The notes beneath the pieces are model-generated. The model saw nothing but the letters and a program-made list of their open reading frames with translations, searched no databases and had not been told where the DNA came from. A stretch of DNA of 64,000 bases from Piromyces finnis finn (Eukaryota; Fungi; Neocallimastigomycota), in the NCBI GenBank assembly GCA_002104945.1, contig MCFH01000052.1:336664-400663 (forward strand), in the 5' to 3' direction. The position numbers were made by a program, and so were the translations under genes. Positions 1 to 12,920 of this stretch are shown piece by piece. How positions within the stretch are numbered: position 1 is the first letter of the stretch; each line of letters opens with the position of its first letter.

Positions 1-75
1 TTAATTATAATTATTATGTTTAATTAATTATAGATATTATCTGAATTTGTTTTAAATCCAGTTAATATCTTCACA
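1..75 (-). repeat. Truncated terminus of LTR family I (chromovirus-type), runs off window edge
   Basis: Reverse complement of the 5' end of the LTR at 47357 (TGTGAAGATATTAACTGGATTTAAAAC...); same end seen at 52981-53041. Confidence 0.85.
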
Positions 76-763
76 TTATTAATTTTTTTTTTAATTTATT
101 AAAATTTTATTTTTAAAAATTTTATTTTAAATTTATTAACTATTTACAATAATTATATTAATTATTAATTATAAAAATTAAATATTTTATAATTAAACAA
201 TAATTAATTAAAATTAAAAAATGTAATAATTAAAATTGTTCATGTATAAAAAGAACAAAAATTGACAAAAATTACGAAGCTTTAGCGTTAGTAATTTTTT
301 AACTTAAAGTTAATAAAATTTATAAACTCCTATAAAACCTAAAACTTTAAAAATTTTAATATTTTTAATAACTTAATATATGCTGATATTAAGTTATTAC
401 TAAAATAAAAATATTATTTAATTTTCTTTATATAAATATTATTAGCTTTACGCCTTCAATAGGAAAGCGTATTATATTTGTTAATTAATATTGTAAAGTG
501 GGCTAGGGTTGATATGTAACTTGGTCAGAATGTTTTATATAATATAACTTAATTTACCAATAAAATATTAAACTTTTTTATTATTAAATCTTTTCTTTAA
601 GACTTATTAAAGAATTTTAAATAATACTAATTTAAAAATTAAATAGGTTTTTATATTTAAAATAAAAATTTTAATATAATTTAATTATGAAATTTATTTA
701 TTAATTATTTATTTATGAAAATAATATTTAATAAGTTATATTATAGATTATAGTTAATAATTA

Positions 764-795
764 TGATAAATAATTAAATTTATAAATTATGAATT

Positions 796-844
<49 letters not shown>

Positions 845-2197
845 TTAAAACACAGATAGTTGAAAATTAAGATAATTAACATGTATAAAATTATTAAATT
901 AAAAACTATAAATGTAAACTTTTTGTCTATTTAATTGTTTATTTAGTTTTAAATTAAATAGTTTATATTTGTTTATAATTATACTTTAAAATAATAATTT
1001 TGTATAAATAGTGATAGAATTATTTTATTTTAAAAAGATGTTCCTAATAATCCAGTAAAATTAGATAATAATATTAAATTTTATTAAAATAATAGTTGTG
1101 ATTATATTTACATACATTCAAGATGTATTAAACCATAACATATATATATTTAATAATACAAGAGTTATTAAATATTAAAACTTTATAATTAAATAAAATA
1201 ATTTTATATTTTAAACTAACAAAGACTTGCAAATGAACAAGTATAAAAATCATTTATTCTATTTTTATTTTCTTATTTATTTTTATTTATTAAATTTTAG
1301 ATACAAATATTATCACTTTCTATATTCATTTATAGAATTAAGATAATATCCTCTTCGTATCAAATGGTGGAGAATCCAAAAATCTACTGCGTAGCTAGTC
1401 TTAAGGCCGGAGGGAATTACGCGAACCTCTCTGTTCCCCATAGGAAACTACTGCTACTTCAAATTTAATTAATTTCAAAATTAATTAAAATCGGAATTAA
1501 CAATACTTCAACAATATATATTAATATATTCCAATATATTATTAATATATATAAAAAAAAAAATTTCACAAATATTTAATTCCAATAATTAAATAAACAA
1601 CATTAATATCAAAATTTTAAATATTCAAATTATTTAAAATAAAATCAATATTATAATACAAAAACATTATAATATAATTCAATTATAAATCCATAATCAA
1701 TTATAATATATACCAATTATATATTATAAAATAATAAAATTATAATGTATATTTCACCTGAATGAAAAACATTATATCCCTACTGCTCCGCTCTTCTAAA
1801 AACTTATATGAATTTCAAAATAATATGTGGATAATGGAATAAAAGTATCGGAAAATAAACTTTAAATAATAATAAACCATAAGTAAGCTTTATTTGATGT
1901 GGATATAAATGAAGAATAAATTTATTTGAAAAAGACACTGCAGCTACTATAAAAAAAAATATCCGGAAAATTATATATTAAAAATAAATTAAAGGAGGAC
2001 ATTAGAAATTAAACATGCATATAAAGAAAGAAAGAAGAAAATCCTAAGAAGAAGAAGAAGTAATAAAATGAAGATCTTTAATTATTTATAAAATTTAATT
2101 CTTTATCTATTATTTTTCTTTTCATAACTTCAAGGGACGAAGTTATATCTTAAGGGCGAAGATATTGATAAATAATTAAATTTATAAATTATGAATT

Positions 2198-2249
<52 letters not shown>

Positions 2250-2767
2250 TTAAAACACAGATAGTTGAAAATTAAGATAATTAACATGTATAAAATTATT
2301 AAATTAAAAACTATAAATGTAAACTTTTTGTCTATTTAATTGTTTATTTAGTTTTAAATTAAATAGTTTATATTTGTTTATAATTATACTTTAAAATAAT
2401 AATTTTGTATAAATAGTGATAGAATTATTTTATTTTAAAAGATGTTCCTAATAATCCAGTAAAATTAGATAATAATATTAAATTTTATTAAAATAATAGT
2501 TGTGATTATATTTACATACATTCAAGATGTATTAAACCATAACATATATATATTTAATAATACAAGAGTTATTAAATATTAAAACTTTATAATTAAATAA
2601 AATAATTTTATATTTTAAACTAACAAAGACTTGCAAATGAACAAGTATAAAAATCATTTATTCTATTTTTATTTTCTTATTTATTTTTATTTATTAAATT
2701 TTAGATACAAATATTATCACTTTCTATATTCATTTATAGAATTAAGATAATATTTCTCTTCGTATCA
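764..2767 (+). mobile_element. Non-autonomous short LTR element (TRIM-like, family G)
   Basis: LTRs 764-1362 and 2166-2767 (TGAT...ATCA, differ mainly in (TAA)n length); PBS TGGTGGAGAATCC at 1365; purine tract 2152-2165; 4-bp TSD ATTA (760-763 / 2768-2771); ~800-bp interior with no ORF. Confidence 0.9.
1365..1377 (+). promoter_or_regulatory. Primer-binding site, tRNA-Ala-type (family G)
   Basis: TGGTGGAGAATCC 2 nt after the LTR end; complement of a ...TCTCCACCA tRNA 3' end; same as element B PBS. Confidence 0.75.
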
Positions 2768-2775
2768 ATTAATAA

Positions 2776-3317
2776 GTCGTTCCAGTTTTTATCCTGGTTG
2801 TTAAGGCGTTGCCTTAGTATACATAAGGCTTCTGGTTCGACCCCGCAGATGTCAGTGCCTGTGGATTTTCCCACTGGGTTTGCCATGGGTTGGGTTATGA
2901 TATTCAGGTAAGTATAAAAGAACTTTCTAATTTAGTACTATGATAATAACACTCGTCTAGCCGGCCTGAGAGGGTCTAGTGTACATGGTACATTCCAAAT
3001 TAGAACTTAATAAGTGGTGACTTAGGCTATGCCAAAAACACACAATATTCCTTAATCAATTTAAGTGTAAACATTAGGGGGCGGTTGACACGTGATCAAA
3101 TTGACTATAAGAGGCTTAGCATTGTAGTTGTGAAATATCGTACAACGACATGCATCTAATGTACATGGATTAAGTGAGAGTCGAAGCTGAAGAAACAGTA
3201 TGACAGACCAGGAGGGTCACAACCACCTAGCAATAGGAATGTGCCAACGTTTCTCTAAGAACCACCATTGGAGCTAACTCCGATCGATGGGAGAAATGCA
3301 CTCGGAAGTTAAAAAAA
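2776..3317 (+). mobile_element. tRNA-derived SINE
   Basis: A-box-like CCTGGTTGTTAAGG, GCCTTA/TAAGGC stem, B-box GGTTCGACCC, ~540-bp body, A-tail, 12-bp TSD AATAATTAATAA (left copy split by element G); empty site visible in the J LTR near 49310-49335; second partial copy at 32735-32884. Confidence 0.85.
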
Positions 3318-4272
3318 AATAATTAATAATTAATAATCTTACAAAGAATTTCAAAATTGATTTTAATTCTTTGTTTAAATACTTTTTCTTACATATAATA
3401 AATTTACATTGATATTAATATTGATATTAATAAAGATAAAAATAAAATAATTTTAAATTAAAATATTAATAATTGATATTGATATTAATAATATGAATTC
3501 ATATGATAGATCTTAAGATTAATCTTTTAAATTACTTTTAAAATAAAAGTATTGTTTTAACCATTTTAAATAGTAAATATTTAATATTATAAATTGAGAA
3601 TAACAATTACTGATACTAATTATATATTCTCATGATTAATTAATTAATAATTATAACTAATGATTTTTGATCCAAAGGTTTTTTGGTTTGAATATGATTG
3701 AGGTTATTAATCAAAAATTATTTGAAAAATTATTAATTAATTTTTATAATTGATTAGATTTGAAATCAAGAATACTTATTATCTAACTTTATTTAATAAT
3801 AATGGAGAATTTTTAAATTGAATTATTTATAGAAAGTTGGATGACTTGAATAATGACTTTAATTATATAAATTAATATTGATCATTTTAATATATATTTA
3901 TTAGAACTAATCAATTCTTTAAATAGCTATATCTCAAGAACTAGTGGTCTAAATTAGCTGAAAATTTGTGAATATAGATCTCGACTAGTACTTTCTAATA
4001 AATTGATTTGAAGTCTCTAGAAAAGGAAAATAGGATACAAGATTCAGAAGTTATCACTAGTTTCGTATAGTGCATTTTCTTCTCAAGGGTTAATTTATTG
4101 AAAATTAAATTTTTGTGATCCCTAACCCTTTTCAATATTAAATTTTTTCAAGTGATCTTTTAATTATTTTTTAAAAGTGTTTTATAATTTTTGAAATATA
4201 AATTTGATTTTTAAATTGCTTATTTGAATATTTAATTTATTTTTTAATCGTCTTCTATCCTTGACAAATATA

Positions 4273-4889
4273 TGTTACGGATTTCACTTCAGTTAGGTCG
4301 GAATATACATATTTACCCTAACTTTATTAATTTAATAAATGAATAAATAAATATTTTAAATAAATAACATTTTATTAATTAACTTTATTTATTAATAAAT
4401 TTTTATTTAAAGAAAAATTTTTATTTATTAAATATTATTATGATTAGAGTAAATATTAAATGTAATGAACTCTCGAAATTTCTAATGATAGGAATTTTCT
4501 CGAGTATTTATACTATCTTTAATATTAAGGAATACATTTTAAATTTAATACATGACTAATTATTTATATTAATTAACTATTCTATAAATTAATTACATAT
4601 TAATTATATATGACTTTTCACTCGTGTTAAATTTAATAATTATAAAAGTCATATTATCAATCATTTGTAGAAGGAATGATTATTTTATAATTTAGTTTTA
4701 ATTTCCTTCTTAATCAAATGAATAAAGAGATATTAATTCAAACTTTAATAAATATAAAATCTTAATAATTATAATTAATTAATATCTCTTAAGATATTAT
4801 TTAATTATGTTTTATAATAAAATATTTCTAATTAATTAAACGAATAAAACACTAATTAAATAAATAATCATGAATCCACTAATATGACA
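4273..4889. mobile_element. Probable solo LTR (family L, 617 bp)
   Basis: TGTTAC...ATGACA ends; flanked by TATA/TATA; a diverged relative of its distal half lies at ~61540-61690. Confidence 0.6.
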
Positions 4890-4893
4890 TATA

Positions 4894-5534
4894 TGTCAAA
4901 ATCACAATTCATGAAATTTGACATTTCATGAAATTTCATAATTTTGAATTATTAGTTAAATTAATTAAAATATTAATTTAATAATATTTTACTAATAATA
5001 GTTTATTTAATATAAATATTAATTGGAAAGCTATTTATTATCCGGAGATAAATAGTGTAACAATTAATTAATATTAAACAAACCAATTAGTAAAATAAGA
5101 TTCATTTAAATAATTATTAATATTATTTTTAACAACTTATTAATATCGATATTTAAAGAAAATTATATTATTATTATTATTATATTTTATTAATATTTAT
5201 ATTTATATTATTATACATGTATAACTTAAATTATATTATTATTATACTTTATTAATATCAACATTATATTAAAAATGAAAGTATAAATAAGTTGAACAAA
5301 GAACAACTTTAAGAAGTTCTTTGTGAGATTATTAATACTCATTTTTTTATATAGTAAATTCAATATTTAAAAATTAATAATTATTATTTATATATTAATA
5401 AAAAGCTGAATAAAATAATTCTTTAAAAATTATATTTATTATTCCTTATCTTAACACTTACTTTACTATATAATTAAGCCTATCCTAACCTAGTAGACTT
5501 AATTATAGTTCTAAATCCACTCTAACTCTTGACA
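4894..5534 (+). repeat. Element A 5' LTR
   Basis: TGTCAAAATC...CTCTTGACA; no difference from 10474-11114 seen by eye. Confidence 0.95.
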
Positions 5535-5568
5535 ATAATCTCACCTTAACTTTGGTTACTACCTTAGG

Positions 5569-6669
5569 ATGGCAGAACAAAACTTTGCTAGCTCTTGGCA
5601 AACTATGGATGAAGTTAATCAACTCCGCGAAGATGCTAAAACTACTGCTGTAGACATTATGAACAGCGTTCAAGAAAACTTTGCTACTATTAGTCAAGTT
5701 AAAGACTTTGAAAAACATATTGAATCTCAGTTCCAAGAAATTAAAAGAAATACTGCTAATTTCGCACAAGTTTTGGAATCGGTCTCTAACAATATCAACA
5801 CCATTCAAGAGTATTTAAATAAGAATGGAAAACCAAGTGGTGGTCAGCCAGACCTTACCCCTTCAGTTGCCCCTTCTACATCTACAAAATATGATTTGGA
5901 TTTTGATGTAATAATGAGATCAAAATATTCCACTCCAATAAATCAAGTTCCAGATCCAGGTCTTTTTTCTGGTGATTCTCATGAAACAGAACTATTCTGT
6001 CAAATTTGTGAAGATATTTTTAGCACTTATCCTAATAAGCATATGATGGAAGAAGCCAAAATTAATTTTGTTAAAACAAGATTAAGAGGAATTGCTAGAA
6101 CTTGGTATTTAACAAGATACAGTGGAAATACTCATCCCTCTACTATGTTTGAATTATTAGTAGAATTAAAAAATGCTTTTCCAAATGTTTCAAGCCGCAA
6201 ATTAGCCAAGATTAAGCTAAGTAAATTGAAACAAACATATGGAAAAATTAATGAATATATGGAAGAATTTAGATCATATATTCAATATTTTAACTGGGAT
6301 CAAGAAGCTGTTACTCTTATGTTTTATACTGGTCTTCATCCTAAGTATCAAGAAGATATTGAAAGATTAGATGACTTTCCTACTACTCTCGAAGCTATTT
6401 TCACAAGATGTATTTTATTTGAACAAAACAATGTCTCAAATAAAAAGTTAAACCAAATTAATAATAAAAGCCATGGAAGAAAAAATTCTTTTTATAATAA
6501 CAATAACAATAATTATAATAATAATAGAAACAATTATCAAAAATATCACAATAATAATAATAACAATAATAATTTAAAATCTAATTATTCAACTAATAAT
6601 TATGGTGGTAATAATAATAATAATTATTCCACTACAAAAACCCAAAAAATTTCTTCAAAAAGTTTTTAA
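5569..6669 (+). CDS. gag: Gag (element A)
   Basis: 366-aa ORF after the LTR; retrotransposon capsid-like motifs (LRGIARTWY, LKQTYGKINEY, FYTGL). Confidence 0.9.
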   Translation: MAEQNFASSWQTMDEVNQLREDAKTTAVDIMNSVQENFATISQVKDFEKHIESQFQEIKRNTANFAQVLESVSNNINTIQEYLNKNGKPSGGQPDLTPSVAPSTSTKYDLDFDVIMRSKYSTPINQVPDPGLFSGDSHETELFCQICEDIFSTYPNKHMMEEAKINFVKTRLRGIARTWYLTRYSGNTHPSTMFELLVELKNAFPNVSSRKLAKIKLSKLKQTYGKINEYMEEFRSYIQYFNWDQEAVTLMFYTGLHPKYQEDIERLDDFPTTLEAIFTRCILFEQNNVSNKKLNQINNKSHGRKNSFYNNNNNNYNNNRNNYQKYHNNNNNNNNLKSNYSTNNYGGNNNNNYSTTKTQKISSKSF

Positions 6670-9600
6670 ACAATGAACACCATAAGACGTCAATGGATGT
6701 TCATAATACACCAAAAATTATTTATTATAATTTCCCATCTCTAGAGAACAAAGAAAATCCCAATTTAAATTCATTTTTAACCTTTAACTCATATATTCCT
6801 AAAGAATTTCTAAATAACAACTCTAATTTTATTACCAATTCTCCAATAACCTGTAATTCAATACTTGATTCAGGTTCCTCATGCAACTTTATTTCTACCA
6901 TATTTGTAGAAAAATATAATTTAATTAAAAGAAAATTAAAAAACAAATTGATTATAAAAGGTATTAGTGGGTTTACTACTGATATCAATGATTATGTTTA
7001 TTTAAAATTTCAATTAAAAATTTTTATCAAAAACAAATTTTATTTTATATCTTTTAAAGAAAAATTCTTAGTTTCAGAACATATTCCTATGGATTTATTA
7101 TTTGGAAATAAATTCATGAAGAAATTTAAGATTCATTTTAATTATAAAAATAATCATTTATATTGTAATAATTTTAAACACTTCAATAATAAGAATTTAA
7201 AAAATTTTTCAAAAAATTTAAAAATTTCTCATTCTAAAAAAGATTTTAATTATTCATTTTCCGATAATACTAATAATAATTCTACTAATTTCTCTCATAA
7301 ATCTAATCGTCAAGTTAAAGATAATAGTTCTATGTCTTCTAATAAGAGTGATATCAATTATTTTATCCATTCATTTTTATCTGAAAATGTCGAAAATTTT
7401 GATGATGATGAAGGAAATGACCTAACCCTTATCATGGATGAAATCCCTAATGAATATAAAGATCTTGCTGTTGTTTTCAGCAAATCAAAAGCTGATAAGT
7501 TACCTCCACACCGTTTAACTGATTGTAAAATAGTCCTAGAAAATGATGCCACTTTACATTATGGACCTATTTATCCTTTGTCAAGACAAGAGGAAGAAGC
7601 CTTACAAGAATATATTAATGAAAATCTTAAAAAAGGTTTTATTAGACCCTCTAAATCTCCTGCAGGTTATCCTGTTGTTTTCCAGAAGAAAAAAGATGGC
7701 TCACTAAGGGTTTGTATTGATTACAAAAAGTTAAACTCTGTAACAGTAAGGAATTCGTATCCTTTACCTTTAATATCAGATATCATTGAAAGGGTTAGGG
7801 GTTAAAAATTTCACTAAATTAGATTTGAGATCAGCTTATAATTTGATAAGAATAAAAGAAGGTGATGAATATAAGACGCTTTTAGAACAAAGTTTGGCCA
7901 TTACGAATATTTAGTAATGCCATATGGATTAAAAAATGCTCCAGCAACATTCCAATCATTCATAAATTCAATATTACGCGAATATTTGGATAAATTTGTT
8001 ATTTTATACATGGATGATATTTTAATTTTCTCAGAAAATCTCAACGATCATATCAACCATGTAAGATCTGTTTTAGATAAATTAATACAAAACAACTTAT
8101 ATGCAAAATTTGAAAAATGTGAATTTCATAAAAATGAAGTTGAATTCTTAGGTTTCACTATATCAAGTAATGGTATCTCTACTGATCCAAAGAAGATCGA
8201 AGCTATTAAAGAATGGCCTAGACCAAAATGTGTTAAAGATGTTCAACGCTTTTTTGGTCTTTGTAATTATTATAGAAGGTTTGTTAATAATTTTGCAAAA
8301 ATTGCCAAACCTTTACATAATTTAACTAGGAAAAATGTTAAATTTCATTGGGATAAGACGTGTGATGATGCTTTTGTAAAATTACAAAATAAATTAATTA
8401 CTTCTCCCGTTTTAGTTTTTCCTGATACTAATAGGCCGTTCATAGTAGAATGTGATGCCAGTAATTTCGCAATAGGTTCCGTTTTATCTCAATATGATGA
8501 TGATAAAAAACTACATCCTGTTGCTTATTTTTCCAGAAGTTTAAATGATACAGAAAGGAACTATTCCATTACGGATAAAGAACTTCTTTCTATTAAATCT
8601 GCTTTCTCAGCTTGGCGACATCTACTTTTAGGTGCCAAATTTAAAGCAAAAGTTTATACAGACCACCGTAATTTACTTTATACTTTAGGTGGAAAAATTC
8701 AAAATCAACGTCAACATCGTTGGCATCTCTTCTTCCAGGAATATGGTTTTGAATTAATTTATCGCCAAGGAAGAAAAAATGGTAAGCCTGATAGTCTTTC
8801 TAGAAGACCTGATTATAATTCTGGTAATGAACAAATTAAACCTTTAGAAACTCCTGATAGACCATGGCGTTCTGTTGAAATTGACTTTTTATGTGGTTTA
8901 CCTGATTCTAAAGGATATACTGTTCTAATGGTTACTGTAGATAGATTTTCAAAAATGATTCACTTAGTTCCTTTTAAGAAAATACCCGATGCTAAACAAA
9001 CAGCTACAGCTTTTATTAAAAATATATTTAAACTTCATGGATTGCCTTCTGATATTTATACTGATCGTGGTTCACAATTTACTAGTGATCTTTGGAATAG
9101 TTTAATGGAAGAACTTAAAGTTAAAACTAAAATTGCTACCACTGATCATCATGAAACAGTCGGTCAAGTTGAAAGATGTAATTCTTTTATTGAGCAATAT
9201 CTCCGCTGTTATTCAAAGTCCTATTATCATGATGACTGGGTTGAATGGATTCACTTAGCTGAATTTGTTTATAACAATTCTATTAATGAGTCTACCAAAC
9301 AAAGTCCTTTCTTTATTAACTATGGATTCCACCCTCCTGTTGATGATGTTTTTCTTTATGACAAATCCTATACTAATAATAATTTTATTAGAAATGTTTG
9401 TGATAATTTTAATTATGTTAAAGAAGTTTTATTTAGAGCCAAGGATTTATATAAAAAACATGCCGATAAGAAAAGGATGTCACCTCCTATATTTAAAGTT
9501 GGCGATAAAGTTTGGATTCAAGCTCCTCCATCCTTTTCTACGGAAGAAACTCCAAAACTTTCTCCTTGTAAATACGGACCTTATAAAGTTTTAGAAGTTT

Positions 9601-9935
9601 TGGAAAATAATAATTATAAAATAGATATACATAACTCCCCTTTCCCAAAACATCATCCAATATTCCATATTTCTGAACTTGAACCTTTTATTCCTACTCC
9701 TTCAAGATTCTTATCAAGATCAAAGGACCCCGAATCAATTAAAGATATCATTGAAATTGCAGGATTTAGAACTAACTATAAACTTAATAGGTATGAATAC
9801 AAAATTAGATATAAATACCGCTCTCAATATAATTGGGTTCCTTCTAGTGAAGTTGAAGATAATCCAAGGAATCAAAATATATTCTTATTATATTTAAAAA
9901 ATAACAGGAAGCCTATTGATATCGCTTATAACTGA
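6660..9935 (+). pseudogene. pol: Pol (PR-RT-RH-IN-chromodomain) of element A, frameshifted and internally deleted
   Basis: ILDSGSS protease, YMDD RT, CDAS RNase H, IN core, C-terminal chromodomain-like tail; frame breaks at ~7803 and ~7878; about 147 aa including the integrase HHCC zinc finger missing relative to element E. Confidence 0.85.
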
Positions 9936-10473
9936 AAAATAAAGAAATGAAGAGAGAGAGAGAAAGAATGAATAACAATGAAAAAACAAAATTATTACAA
10001 TGTAATTTTTTTTTCAATTAAATTCATCACAAATTTAAAAATTGAAATTTCAAAAATTTTTATATTCATTATTTTCCAACTATAAATTTTATTTTTTAAT
10101 TTATTATTATTAATATTTTCAATATTAAATTTTAAAATTTTCAAAAAACATAAAAAACCTTTTAAAATTGAAATTTAAAATTTCAAAAAAATCAAAATTT
10201 CAATTATAACAGTTGTACAACACAAAAAATTACAAAAACATGTTTTTCATACAATACATATATGTATTTCATAACAAAATTTCATTTTTACCAATTTTTG
10301 ACAACTTTTGAAATTTCGCGAAATGGCCATTTAAAATTCATTCCTCCATCCTCATGTGACCATTTCGAAATTTCAAAAATTTTGAAAATATTAAAATTTC
10401 AATATTTTAAATTCAATATAAGATATTCCACTATCAAAAAATTGTCTAGTATCCAATTTTAGTGGAAGGGCGT

Positions 10474-11114
10474 TGTCAAAATCACAATTCATGAAATTTG
10501 ACATTTCATGAAATTTCATAATTTTGAATTATTAGTTAAATTAATTAAAATATTAATTTAATAATATTTTACTAATAATAGTTTATTTAATATAAATATT
10601 AATTGGAAAGCTATTTATTATCCGGAGATAAATAGTGTAACAATTAATTAATATTAAACAAACCAATTAGTAAAATAAGATTCATTTAAATAATTATTAA
10701 TATTATTTTTAACAACTTATTAATATCGATATTTAAAGAAAATTATATTATTATTATTATTATATTTTATTAATATTTATATTTATATTATTATACATGT
10801 ATAACTTAAATTATATTATTATTATACTTTATTAATATCAACATTATATTAAAAATGAAAGTATAAATAAGTTGAACAAAGAACAACTTTAAGAAGTTCT
10901 TTGTGAGATTATTAATACTCATTTTTTTATATAGTAAATTCAATATTTAAAAATTAATAATTATTATTTATATATTAATAAAAAGCTGAATAAAATAATT
11001 CTTTAAAAATTATATTTATTATTCCTTATCTTAACACTTACTTTACTATATAATTAAGCCTATCCTAACCTAGTAGACTTAATTATAGTTCTAAATCCAC
11101 TCTAACTCTTGACA
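10474..11114 (+). repeat. Element A 3' LTR
   Basis: Direct repeat of 4894-5534, preceded by PPT. Confidence 0.95.
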
Positions 11115-11170
11115 ATATAACTAGTGTGTTTACCACACTTTTCTTTAATAAAAAATCGCTTTTTTCCAAA

Positions 11171-11971
11171 TGATATAATATGATAATAATCTAAATTTTG
11201 AATTTTACTTCAAAAAGTGATTATTATATTATATCTTTTGTTATAACTATATAAGTTATATTGATTAAGATTTAAGATCGTTTTTATAAAAATTAATAAA
11301 ATTGTTTTGTTAAAACACTAAATTGTTTTATTAGAAACACTTGTTTTTCTAATATTTAAATATTTAAAATTTTATTTATTTAAGAATAAAAGTGATTATT
11401 AAAATTATAAAATATTAATCTAACTATATAATATTTCTTTATTAATAATAATAATAATAATTAAAATAAGAATATTTACATGTATTTATATTTTCTTTTA
11501 GATTTAAACTATTTACATTAAATTAATAACTATTTACAATAAAAGTAATAAAAGTAATTAGAAATAACAATAAAAGAAATAATTAAAAGTTAAAGAATAT
11601 AAAAAGTTGTTTATTTTACAATTAATTAAAGTAATAATTATTTTTAATGTTTTAATAAAGGTGTTTAATTATATTATTTTATAACATGAATTATTATATT
11701 TGTTTACTTTTAAAGTGTAATTTACTAACGAAGTTATTAAATATTTAATTTAACAATTAATTTAAAAGAGTTATATATTTTGATCTCGATTAATTAAAGT
11801 TTATTATTTTCTTTCAATAATCAAAATATATGCAGTATTTAGGATTAATTTTATTTAAGAATTTTGGTAAAGTACTTAATTAAACTATAACTTGTTTTAA
11901 GTTGCTTTTAGGGTTAACTTAAAAATCAGGTTTAATAATAATTTTATATTTATTAATTTCATTATTCATCA
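11171..11971 (-). mobile_element. Solo LTR family F (801 bp)
   Basis: Reverse complement of 41393-42194; TGAT...ATCA ends; TSD not cleanly preserved. Confidence 0.85.
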
Positions 11972-11973
11972 AC

Positions 11974-12914
11974 TGTAAGAAATATTAATTATTCATAATT
12001 GAATAATTATTATTTCTTATTATTTAATACAAATTTATTTAAATTATTATTTTCTATACATTCAACTATTACTAATAATTTATTAAATTATTTAATATTT
12101 CATTCATTTAGTTAATACTTATGATTTACTTAAAATATTAATTTTATATACACTTATATAAAATATAAAATTTATTTACTTGCTATATTCTTATATATTT
12201 AATTAACTTTATAAATTTATTTAATTATTAATTTTTATGTACATTTAATTAATATAAATAATTTACTTACTTATTATTTATCTTATACATTTAATTTTGA
12301 CTAACTATATTCATTACACTTATTGTTTTAAATTATGTATTAATTATATTTTATGTATTGTATTAAGCACGGATAAAATAGGAATCGGAATTTTAAGGTT
12401 TTCCCGATTTCGCTTTAAAGAAGCATTCGGTTTTACTTAAAATTACACGAAGATCAATATGACTAGAATATTGATCGAAAATCATGTTTAGGTTTTTCTT
12501 CTAGTCTTTTCCTAAACATTTTATTTGTTAAGATTAGAACCCGTTTATTTAACCTTATTTTTTAATAAAATTATAAATAAAACACTCTTGAAATTCCTTA
12601 GAAATTCAAGAGTTATTATTATAAAGGAATACGTTATAATAAATAACATAAATACATTTTTCTTTTTAATTAAATAAAATATCCTTCTAATAAATCAGTA
12701 ATTTAAATAAAAAAACTTACGACCCATTTGACTCTTTGTGTTTGGTTGTTTATTATAAATCTTTATAATAAACTCGATAAGTTTTATTTTTACTTTCTAT
12801 TTTCTATTCTAATTTGTTCAATACTTCTTATTTCCGCATAATAATACTACAATATTATTCGTTAATATTATTGTAGATAGTAATTTCTGTAAACAATAAT
12901 AAGAAATTACTACA
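11974..12914. mobile_element. Probable solo LTR (family M, ~940 bp)
   Basis: TGTAAG...CTACA ends flanked by direct repeat ATCAAC (11968-11973 / 12915-12920); no second copy in the window. Confidence 0.5.
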
Positions 12915-12920
12915 ATCAAC

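Larger units (their letters stand above)
492..4266 (-). mobile_element. Solo LTR family J (~1.2 kb) interrupted by a SINE and a TRIM-like element
   Basis: 492-763 plus 3318-4266 is the reverse complement of the uninterrupted LTR at 48361-49582; TG...CA ends; 5-bp TSD AATAT (487-491 / 4267-4271). Confidence 0.85.
4894..11114 (+). mobile_element. Ty3/gypsy chromovirus, element A (defective pol)
   Basis: Two 641-bp LTRs, 5-bp TSD ATATA (4889-4893 / 11115-11119), PPT AGTGGAAGGG at 10461, gag + PR-RT-RH-IN-chromodomain order. Confidence 0.95.

Noticed and set aside
2776-2860. SINE head as a genuine tRNA gene
   Set aside because: No acceptor stem and an imperfect T-arm; it continues into a body with A-tail and TSD.
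5503-7552. Antisense ORFs over element A gag and pol
   Set aside because: No motifs; expected shadows of the sense ORFs.
10262-10462. Possible env-like third ORF in element A
   Set aside because: Only 66 low-complexity residues, no signal peptide or TM pattern, and no counterpart in element E.
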